A stretch of 24,000 nucleotides of DNA, from assembly GCA_016865035.1 (NCBI GenBank), contig CP018227.1, positions 3,730,115 to 3,754,114 on the forward strand, given 5' to 3'. Below the pieces are notes generated by a model. That model was not told where the DNA came from. It ran no database searches and was given only the letters and a program-made list of their open reading frames with translations. Shown piece after piece: positions 18,057-24,000 of this stretch. Positions within the stretch are counted from its first letter, which is position 1. Each line of letters starts with the position of its first letter. Source of the DNA: Kordiimonadales bacterium IMCC3096 (GTDB lineage Bacteria; Pseudomonadota; Alphaproteobacteria; Minwuiales; Minwuiaceae). The position numbers and the translations under genes are program-made.

Positions 18057-19298
18057 ATGGCCGCTGCCTTGCCCGTCTCCCCCCTTGCGCCCAAGTCACA
18101 GCCCGATCTGCCGCCGATCGACGGCTGCGAGCTGGGCAGCATCTCCGCCGGTCTGCGCTACAAGGGCCGGCCGGACCTGACGTTCTTCCGCTTTGCACCG
18201 GGGACGACCGTTGCCGGGGTGCAGACGACCTCCACGACTGCCGGGGCGCCGGTGGTCTGGAACGCGCGCCACCTGGGCAAGGGCTTGGCGCGGGCGCTGG
18301 TGGTGAACGCGGGCAATGCCAATGTCTTCACTGGCGCGAAGGGCGAGGCCGACGTGGAGGCCACGGCCAGGGCTGCTGCCGAGCTGGTCGGATGCAGCGC
18401 CGATGAGGTGCTGGCGGCTTCCACCGGGGTGATCGGTGAACTGCTGCCGGTCGCGAAGCTGACGGCGGCCCTGCCGCAGGCCATGGCGAGCATCAGCGCC
18501 AATGGCTGGGCCGGGGCGGCGGCAGGCATCCTGACCACCGATACCTTCGAGAAACGCGCGACCGCGACCGTGAACATCGGCGGCGCGTCCGTGACCATCA
18601 ACGGCATCGCCAAGGGTTCGGGCATGATCGCGCCGAACATGGCGACCATGCTGGCCTATGTGGTGACCGATGCCGCGCTGCCCGCGTCGGTGCTGCAGGC
18701 GCTGCTGCCCGCAATCACCGACCGCACCTTCAACTGCGTGACGGTGGACGGTGACATGTCGACTTCCGACATGTGTCTGCTGTTCGCCACCGGCAAGGCG
18801 GTGGGACAGCCCGCCATCAGCTCGGCCGAAGATCCGGCGCTGGATGACTTCAGGGCGGCTCTGGAGGATGTGCTGCGCGACCTGTCGGTCCTGATCGCCC
18901 GCGACGGGGAGGGGGCGACCAAGCTGGTCACGGTCGATGTCACCGGTGCCACCAGCGCCGCCTCCGCCCGGACCATCGCGCTCTGCATCGCCAACTCGCC
19001 GCTGGTGAAGACCGCCATCGCGGGGGAGGACGCCAACTGGGGCCGTGTCGTCATGGCCATCGGCAAGTCCGGCGAGCCGGTCGAGCGTTCCCGGCTGGGC
19101 GTCCGCTTCGGCGGGGTCACGATTGCCGAGAACGGCGGCCTGTCCCCGGACTATCGTGAGGCCGACATCATCCCGCACATGAAGGGGCAGGAGATCCATA
19201 TCGAGGTTGAACTCGGCATCGGCGACGGCGCTGCCCGCATCTGGACCTGCGACCTGACCCACGGCTACATCGACATCAACGCCGACTACCGTTCGTGA
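18057..19298 (+). CDS. argJ: Bifunctional ornithine acetyltransferase / N-acetylglutamate synthase ArgJ
   Basis: Autoproteolysis site context KGSGMIAPNMATMLAYVVTDA, C-terminal DLTHGYIDINADYRS. Length is 413 aa. Confidence 0.92.
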   Translation: MAAALPVSPLAPKSQPDLPPIDGCELGSISAGLRYKGRPDLTFFRFAPGTTVAGVQTTSTTAGAPVVWNARHLGKGLARALVVNAGNANVFTGAKGEADVEATARAAAELVGCSADEVLAASTGVIGELLPVAKLTAALPQAMASISANGWAGAAAGILTTDTFEKRATATVNIGGASVTINGIAKGSGMIAPNMATMLAYVVTDAALPASVLQALLPAITDRTFNCVTVDGDMSTSDMCLLFATGKAVGQPAISSAEDPALDDFRAALEDVLRDLSVLIARDGEGATKLVTVDVTGATSAASARTIALCIANSPLVKTAIAGEDANWGRVVMAIGKSGEPVERSRLGVRFGGVTIAENGGLSPDYREADIIPHMKGQEIHIEVELGIGDGAARIWTCDLTHGYIDINADYRS

Positions 19299-19305
19299 CT
19301 CCGAC

Positions 19306-19553
19306 CACCTTCTCTCCAACACCCACGACGCTCGCGGACCTGATCCGCGAGCCTAGGCTCCGACGTCTGCGCGGCACCCTGGATGCCCGGGTCAAGCCCG
19401 GGCACGGCGTGAGTGGGGGTGGGACTGTCAAAACACCCTCTCCATCTCTCACGACGCTCGCGGACTTGATCCGCGAGCCCATGCGCCGACGTCTGCGCGG
19501 CACCCTGGGTGCCCGGGTCAAGCCCGGGCACGGCGTGTGTGGGGGTGGGACTG
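19306..19553. repeat. Tandem pair of about 120-nt GC-rich hairpin-bearing intergenic repeats (REP/MITE-like)
   Basis: Unit 1 spans 19306-19427 and unit 2 spans 19434-19553. The conserved core CACGACGCTCGCGGAC...GGGACTG starts at 19324 and at 19450 (126-nt period), with about 7 mismatches over 104 nt. Each unit has hairpin A, CTCGCGGA-N5-TCCGCGAG (19331-19351; 19457-19477). Each also has hairpin B, (G)TGCCCGGG-TCAAG-CCCGGGCA(C) (19384-19404; 19509-19531). Confidence 0.8.
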
Positions 19554-19572
19554 CTATTCCTTCGGTCAGGCC

Positions 19573-19968
19573 ATGAAACTGGTCCTCGTCGCCGCCATCG
19601 CGCTGGTCCGCGACAGCCGGGTCCTGTTCGCGGAACGGCCGAAGGGCAAGAACCTCGCTGGCCTCTGGGAGTTTCCGGGCGGCAAGGTGGAGGCTGGCGA
19701 AACACCCGAAGCCTGCCTGGTGCGCGAATGCGCGGAGGAACTGGGCATCACCCTGCGCGCGGAGGACCTGCAACCGCTCACCTTCGCCAGCCACACCTAC
19801 GAAGATTTCCACCTGCTGATGCCACTCTATGCCTGCCGCGACTGGCAGGGCGAACCGACGGGGCAGGAGGGGCAGCGGCTTGCCTGGGCGACGGCGGCCG
19901 AGCTTGAAACCTATGCCATGCCCCCCGCCGACGACCCGCTGCTGCCCGCCGTCCGGACGCTGCTGTGA
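19573..19968 (+). CDS. mutT: Nudix hydrolase, MutT-like 8-oxo-dGTP diphosphatase
   Basis: Nudix box GGKVEAGETPEACLVRECAEELGI. Length is 131 aa. It lies in the argJ-mutT neighbourhood common in alphaproteobacteria. The start is trimmed to the ATG at 19573. Confidence 0.85.
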   Translation: MKLVLVAAIALVRDSRVLFAERPKGKNLAGLWEFPGGKVEAGETPEACLVRECAEELGITLRAEDLQPLTFASHTYEDFHLLMPLYACRDWQGEPTGQEGQRLAWATAAELETYAMPPADDPLLPAVRTLL

Positions 19969-19999
19969 CAAGGGCCGCGACTTGCGGCACCATGGCGGC

Positions 20000-21109
20000 A
20001 TGAACACCCATGTCGGCACCGTTTCCGGGCGCTACTACTCCCGGCAGGATGATGGACGCATCCGCTGCGAGGTCTGTCCGCGCTACTGCCGTCTGAACGA
20101 CGGGCAGCGGGGGCTGTGCTTCGTGCGGGCGCGGCAGGGCGACGAGATCGTGCTGACCTCCTACGGGCGCTCCTCCGGGTTCTGCATCGACCCCATCGAG
20201 AAGAAGCCGCTGAACCATTTCCATCCCGGCACCCCGGTGCTGTCGTTCGGCACCGCGGGCTGCAACCTGACCTGCCACTTCTGCCAGAATCACGACATGT
20301 CGAAGAGCCGCCAGATGGACACGCTGGCCGATGCCGCGCCGCCCGCGGCACTGGCGGAGACGGCGGTCCGGCTGGGCTGCACCTCCGTCGCCTATACCTA
20401 CAACGACCCGGTGATCTTCCTGGAGTATGCCGTCGATACGGCCATCGCCTGTCACGAGGTCGGGGTGAAGAACGTGGCCGTCACGGCGGGCTACATCTGC
20501 GCCGAACCGCGCGCGGAGTTCTACGCCCACATGGATGCGGCGAATGTGGACCTGAAGGCGTTCAGCGAGGATTTCTACCGCCGTGTCACGGGTTCGCAAC
20601 TCGGTCCCGTCAAGGAGACGCTGGAGTATCTGGTGCGTGAAACGGATGTCTGGGTGGAGATCACCACCCTGCTGATTCCCGGCGAGAACGACTCGGATGC
20701 GGAGCTGGAGGCCATGACGGCCTGGGTCGTGGAGCGGCTGGGGCCGGACGTGCCGATGCACTTCACCGCCTTCCACCCGGACTTCCGGATGCTGGACAGG
20801 GAACGGACCCCGCCGGAGACCCTGTTCCGGGCGCGCAACATCGCGCTCAGGGCCGGGGTCCGGCATGCCTATGTCGGCAATATCCATCACAAGCAGGCCC
20901 AGTCCACCTGGTGCGCGGGCTGCGGCGGGATGCTGATCGGTCGCGACTGGCACCAGCTTTCAGACTGGCACCTGGACGATCATGGTGGCTGCGTCTGGTG
21001 CGGCACGCCGCTGCCCGGCCGGTTCAGCGGCCCGCCGGGCGACTGGGGCCGACGGCGGGAGCGGGTGCAGATCGCGCCGGTGGCGGGGCCGCCCCAGCCA
21101 TCACGCTGA
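20000..21109 (+). CDS. Radical SAM enzyme, AmmeMemoRadiSam-system type (PflA-like activase fold)
   Basis: CxxxCxxC cluster in GTAGCNLTCHFCQN and an N-terminal Cys motif CEVCPRYCRLNDGQRGLC. Also DPIEKKPLNHFHPG and a C-terminal zinc-ribbon-like CAGCGG...CVWCG. The start is trimmed to the ATG at 20000 (MNTHVG). Confidence 0.8.
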   Translation: MNTHVGTVSGRYYSRQDDGRIRCEVCPRYCRLNDGQRGLCFVRARQGDEIVLTSYGRSSGFCIDPIEKKPLNHFHPGTPVLSFGTAGCNLTCHFCQNHDMSKSRQMDTLADAAPPAALAETAVRLGCTSVAYTYNDPVIFLEYAVDTAIACHEVGVKNVAVTAGYICAEPRAEFYAHMDAANVDLKAFSEDFYRRVTGSQLGPVKETLEYLVRETDVWVEITTLLIPGENDSDAELEAMTAWVVERLGPDVPMHFTAFHPDFRMLDRERTPPETLFRARNIALRAGVRHAYVGNIHHKQAQSTWCAGCGGMLIGRDWHQLSDWHLDDHGGCVWCGTPLPGRFSGPPGDWGRRRERVQIAPVAGPPQPSR

Positions 21110-21709
21110 AGCCTGCTCCAGCGTCCAGGCGATCTGCGGCAGCCGGTCGGTGCCCCAGAACAATTCGCCATCGACGATGAAGCTCGGGCTGCCAAACACG
21201 CCTGCGGCGACGGAGCGGTTGCAGGCATCCTTCAGCATCTCCTTCACCTCGGGATCATCGGGGGCGGCGCTGGCGGCGTCCCTGTCGAAGCCATGCCGGG
21301 CGGCGATGGCGACCGCATTGTCCTTCTGTGAAACATCAATGCCTTCCGACCAGTGCGCGCGCAGCATGTCCCGCGCGGCATCCGTCGCCCGCGTCCGGTC
21401 CTGCGCCAGCATCCAGCAGAACAGCCGCGCAGGCGCAAAGGGGGAGGTCACGAAATCCGGCACGGCAGGGCGGTAGTCCAGCCCGTGAAACCGGTAGATC
21501 CGGGGCACGTCCATGCGGATGTAGTCGCCCTTCAGCGGTGTATCCATCAGCGGCGGCAGGCCCATGGTCTTCATGACGGAGACGCCCAGCAGCATCGGAT
21601 GCCAGTCGACCGTGCGGCCATGCTGCGCCGCCAGTGCCTCGATCCCCACCGCGCCGGGCCAGGCGTAGGGGGAGATGAAGTCGAAGTGAAACGCGATCGG
21701 ATCAGCCAC
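21101..21709 (-). CDS. 2-hydroxychromene-2-carboxylate isomerase family protein (DsbA-like / kappa-GST-like)
   Basis: N-terminus ADPIAFHFDFISPYAW has the SPY motif replacing the DsbA CxxC. C-terminal GSPSFIVDGELFWGTDRL. The GTG start at 21709 has GGAGGA 7 nt upstream and overlaps the upstream hydrolase stop by 8 nt. Confidence 0.8.
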   Translation of the reverse strand: MADPIAFHFDFISPYAWPGAVGIEALAAQHGRTVDWHPMLLGVSVMKTMGLPPLMDTPLKGDYIRMDVPRIYRFHGLDYRPAVPDFVTSPFAPARLFCWMLAQDRTRATDAARDMLRAHWSEGIDVSQKDNAVAIAARHGFDRDAASAAPDDPEVKEMLKDACNRSVAAGVFGSPSFIVDGELFWGTDRLPQIAWTLEQASA

Positions 21710-22637
21710 GGGATTTTCCTCCGGCTCGGTTCAGGCGCAGGTGCGCCAGCAGGTGACGTGCCGTCTCCTCCGGTACTTCCTCCGCCACGAAATGTCCGAC
21801 ACCCTTCAGCGCCTCGAAGGTACAGGCGGCGCTGACATGATCCTGCGTCGTGATGGCGGCGCGTTCGCCGACACTCATGTCCTCCCGCCCCCAGATGTAA
21901 AGCGTGGGCACATTGATGCCGGGAAAGTCGTCCCTGGCCAGTGTCGACTCACCCGAGAAGGCCGCCCGGTACCAGTTGAGTGCGGCATCCAGCGCATCCC
22001 TGTTGCCCAGGACGGAGAGGTGACGCGACGCCAGTTCGTCGGACATGCGCCGCTTTGCCGGTGGCGCGCTGGCATCATCGGCGCCGAACAGCCCGGACGC
22101 ATTCTCGAAGCAGAGCGTGTTGCGCAGCGCCTGCGCATCATCCTGCAACAGCCGGTCCGCCATCTCCGGATCCTGAAACGCCTTGTGGTGGCGGGACCGG
22201 TTGGCCTGGGCCGGGTCGTTGCGGAAGGCGGCGGCAAAGGCTGCCGGATGCGGGCGGGAGAGCACGGTCAGGCTCAGCAGCCGCTCGGGGTGTGCGGCGG
22301 CGGTCGCCCAGGCGATCTGCCCGCCCCAGTCATGGCCGACGAGGTGAAACCTGCCAAGGCCCAGCGAATCCGCGATGGCCACCACGTCGGCCACGATCTC
22401 GCTTACCTGATAGGCCTGAATCCCTTCAGGCCGCGCACCGGGTGAATAGCCGCGCTGATCCGGGGCAATGCCACGATAGCCTGCCCCTGCCACAGCCTGC
22501 AGCAGCTCGGTCCAGCTGTGGCGGGAGTTCGGGAACCCATGCAGGAAGATCACCGCCTCGGCTGACGTTTCATCGCCTGCCATATCGGCGGTGAAACGCA
22601 TCCCGCGTGCCGCGATCTCCGTCGTTGTAAACGTCAT
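21702..22637 (-). CDS. Alpha/beta-fold hydrolase, epoxide hydrolase / dehalogenase-like (Asp nucleophile)
   Basis: Oxyanion motif FLHGFPNSRHSW, nucleophile elbow VGHDWGG, C-terminal GVGHFVAEEVPE. The ATG at 22637 is preceded by GGAGG. The track ORF start at 22679 was trimmed. Confidence 0.85.
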   Translation of the reverse strand: MTFTTTEIAARGMRFTADMAGDETSAEAVIFLHGFPNSRHSWTELLQAVAGAGYRGIAPDQRGYSPGARPEGIQAYQVSEIVADVVAIADSLGLGRFHLVGHDWGGQIAWATAAAHPERLLSLTVLSRPHPAAFAAAFRNDPAQANRSRHHKAFQDPEMADRLLQDDAQALRNTLCFENASGLFGADDASAPPAKRRMSDELASRHLSVLGNRDALDAALNWYRAAFSGESTLARDDFPGINVPTLYIWGREDMSVGERAAITTQDHVSAACTFEALKGVGHFVAEEVPEETARHLLAHLRLNRAGGKSRG

Positions 22638-22689
22638 TCCTTGCCTCCCCCGGCAGACATGACCCGGCAATCCCTGCACGGTTCACCAT

Positions 22690-22730
22690 CACGAATTTCC
22701 AACCATCTGATTTCACTGAACTAATTCGTG
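22690..22730. promoter_or_regulatory. 8-bp inverted repeat CACGAATT-N25-AATTCGTG in the divergent promoter region
   Basis: Read directly from the relatively AT-rich 138-nt spacer between the hydrolase operon (-) and the 63-aa ORF (+). Any operator role is speculative. Confidence 0.2.
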
Positions 22731-22775
22731 GCACCGGAGATGCAACAGCGAACGTGAAACAGATGGAGAAATATC

Positions 22776-22967
22776 ATGTCAACGAGCATGGCAATCGAAA
22801 AGCACCAGATCGACTGGGCAGCCCATCACCTCAGCCTCGCGCTGGGTGGTATTGCGGCAGACATCGCCGGTTCCTGGGCCGATCACCTTGGCCGCCTGGG
22901 CAAGCCGGAACTGTCGCAGACCTGGCGTCAGATCGAACAGCGTCTGGAAGCCGCGCCCGCCGAGTAA
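22776..22967 (+). CDS. Small hypothetical protein (63 aa), no family recognised
   Basis: ATG with GGAGA 6 nt upstream. The composition is non-repetitive, helix-prone and acidic (MSTSMAIEKHQIDWAAHHLSLALGG...). By hand count GC3 is about 73%, lower than neighbouring genes. The competing ORFs 22754..23101(+) and 22779..23444(-) are Arg/Gly/Pro-rich shadow frames. Confidence 0.45.
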   Translation: MSTSMAIEKHQIDWAAHHLSLALGGIAADIAGSWADHLGRLGKPELSQTWRQIEQRLEAAPAE

Positions 22968-22988
22968 TCGGGCACCGGGCATCGGGCA

Positions 22989-23025
22989 ACGTGCTGCCGC
23001 CGTGCTCAGGTCCGGCGCAGCACGT
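22989..23025. terminator. GC-rich hairpin between convergent genes (possible bidirectional terminator; no U-tract)
   Basis: ACGTGCTGC (22989-22997) pairs with GCAGCACGT (23017-23025). An inner GCCG/CGGC extension follows. The methyltransferase stop codon (23006-23008) lies in the loop. There is no T-run on either side. Confidence 0.3.
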
Positions 23026-23641
23026 GCACCCGCGCCGGCAGGCGTTCCGCCTCCGGCGCGCCGGGCAGGCTGACATAGCGCTGGCTCTCGTCCGCCCCTG
23101 AGAGGGTGCCGTCTGCCACCAGACCGCTGACGGCAGCCCCGTAGCTGTCGGCCCAGGCCTGTTCGGTGATGGTCAGGATCATGTGGCCACCCGGCTTCAG
23201 GATGCGCGCCAGTTCGTGCAGGCAGGTCGCGGGTGCGTGACCCGGTGTCATGACGCCGGAGCTGACGATGGCGTCGTATGATCCGGTGGCGAAATCCAGC
23301 ACCTCGCCCAGCATCTGCTGTTTCAGGTCGCGATAGCAGCCCTTGCTGCCCGCCACCCGCAGCATGCCTTCCGACAGGTCGATCCCGTCGATTGCCGTGT
23401 ACCCCAGCACGGCCAGCGTTTCCCCCAGCACACCCGTGCCGCATCCCGCATCCAGAATTACCGTCTGCGGCGAGGGCGCATGTCGCCCGACCATGCCCGC
23501 AATGATCGCCGGATGACGGTAGCCCCAGCCGCTCATGTCCGCATCGTAGGCCTGTGCCCAGCCATCATAGCTGCGGCTCAGGGCGGAGGCGTCGCCGCCT
23601 GCGGCATAGACATCCTTCAGATGGGCTTCATTTTCCGACAC
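23006..23641 (-). CDS. Class I SAM-dependent methyltransferase
   Basis: Motif I ILDAGCGTGVLGETLA, post-I DGIDLSEGML, and LKPGGHMILT. The GTG start at 23641 has AAGGGAG about 9 nt upstream. The substrate is unknown. Confidence 0.85.
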   Translation of the reverse strand: MSENEAHLKDVYAAGGDASALSRSYDGWAQAYDADMSGWGYRHPAIIAGMVGRHAPSPQTVILDAGCGTGVLGETLAVLGYTAIDGIDLSEGMLRVAGSKGCYRDLKQQMLGEVLDFATGSYDAIVSSGVMTPGHAPATCLHELARILKPGGHMILTITEQAWADSYGAAVSGLVADGTLSGADESQRYVSLPGAPEAERLPARVHVLRRT

Positions 23642-23665
23642 GGATCGTGCTCCCTTGGCGGTGGA

Positions 23666-24000
23666 GTGCTATCTGCATTCTCGCCCTGCGTCAGGGCGCA
23701 CCGCAACCCGGAGGAACCCACCATCAGGATCGACACGCCATGGCAGGACGATCCGGCCTTCACCGCCGTCGTTGCCGCGATCAGCGCGGCGGGCGGGCAG
23801 GTGCGTGTGGTCGGCGGGGCGGTTCGCGATTGCCTGCTGCAACGGCCTGTCGGAGATATCGACATGGCGACATCCCTGCTGCCGGAGGCTGTCATGGCCG
23901 CCGCCGCGGCGGCGGGCCTGAAGTCCATACCAACCGGTATCGAACATGGCACGATCACGGTGATCGCCGGGGGCAGGCCGTTCGAGATCACCACCCTGCG
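23666..24000 (+). CDS. cca: CCA tRNA nucleotidyltransferase / poly(A) polymerase family protein, 3'-truncated by the window end
   Basis: My own translation of the frame starting at 23666, which is absent from the ORF track because no stop falls in the window: ...IDTPWQDDPAFTAVVAAISAAGGQVRVVGGAVRDCLLQRPVGDIDMATSLLPEAVMAAAAAAGLKSIPTGIEHGTITV... This contains the GGxVRD and DxD(ID) head-domain motifs. The start is ambiguous: GTG at 23666 is favoured by GC3, and ATG at 23621 is the alternative. Confidence 0.75.
   Translation, partial: MLSAFSPCVRAHRNPEEPTIRIDTPWQDDPAFTAVVAAISAAGGQVRVVGGAVRDCLLQRPVGDIDMATSLLPEAVMAAAAAAGLKSIPTGIEHGTITVIAGGRPFEITTL

Noticed and set aside
19306-19553. Whether the two direct repeats are a minimal CRISPR array
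   Set aside because: There are only two copies. The units are about 120 nt, far longer than CRISPR repeats, and are separated by only about 6 nt. No spacer-like unique segments, leader or cas genes are present.
19276-20019. Minus-strand ORFs 19276..20019 and 19286..19705 reading through the repeat (peptides with PGLTRA.RVPRRRR and VPGLDPG.QGAAQTS)
   Set aside because: They arise because the repeat is open in every frame. They also run antisense through mutT, which has a clear Nudix box. They are best treated as repeat-derived artefacts.
15604-20953. ORFs 15604..16593(-), 17053..17976(-), 18096..19322(-) and 19778..20953(-), nearly full-length antisense partners of pepA, the TauD-family gene, argJ and the radical SAM gene
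   Set aside because: Same reasoning as above. The sense strands carry signature motifs (NTDAEGRL, HxD, ATML, CxxxCxxC). The antisense products are Arg/Gly/His-rich with no family resemblance.
22754-23444. ORFs 22754..23101(+), 115 aa, and 22779..23444(-), 221 aa
   Set aside because: Both are Arg/Gly/Pro/Ala-rich. The minus-strand one overlaps the well-supported methyltransferase out of frame. The 63-aa ORF at 22776 has the only convincing RBS in this spacer.
1-24000. Search by eye for tRNA, rRNA or tmRNA genes, prophage genes, toxin-antitoxin pairs, restriction-modification or other defence modules
   Set aside because: Nothing of the kind was recognisable. Intergenic spacers are short (mostly under 160 nt), and every large ORF is accounted for by housekeeping or simple accessory enzyme families. 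A covariance-model scan (tRNAscan-SE/Infernal) would be needed to exclude small RNAs formally.

Overview
GC-rich chromosomal window with the gene content and order of an alphaproteobacterium; the genus cannot be determined from sequence alone. Most of it is a conserved housekeeping block. On the + strand: mltG, yicC-gmk, pepA-holC, argJ-mutT. On the - strand: a tightly coupled envelope chain lptF-lptG-lptD ... surA-pdxA-rsmA, with 4-nt ATGA overlaps or 1-2 nt gaps at the junctions. Several apparently accessory pieces sit in or beside this backbone. (1) A large cytoplasmic five-PAS orphan histidine kinase lies between mltG and yicC. (2) A divergent lysR/pirin pair splits lptD from surA. (3) A stand-alone TauD/TfdA dioxygenase lies between holC and argJ. 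(4) A tandem pair of about 120-nt hairpin-rich repeats fills the argJ-mutT spacer exactly. (5) An AmmeMemoRadiSam-type radical SAM enzyme has no AMMECR1 or Memo partner in the window. (6) A two-gene epoxide-hydrolase-like / HCCA-isomerase (DsbA-like) operon faces a 63-aa orphan ORF. (7) A class I methyltransferase lies back-to-back with a 3'-truncated CCA-adding enzyme gene. I saw no tRNA or rRNA genes, CRISPR array, transposase, integrase, phage genes or recognisable defence system. I did not find a convincing new multi-gene system. The most unusual items are the tandem repeat with its gap-filling ORF, the unlinked radical SAM enzyme, and the small orphan ORF locus. The many long ORFs antisense to real genes are high-GC shadow frames. 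Several track ORFs begin at GTG/TTG or carry spurious N-terminal extensions, and I trimmed those starts where an RBS or family N-terminus supported it.
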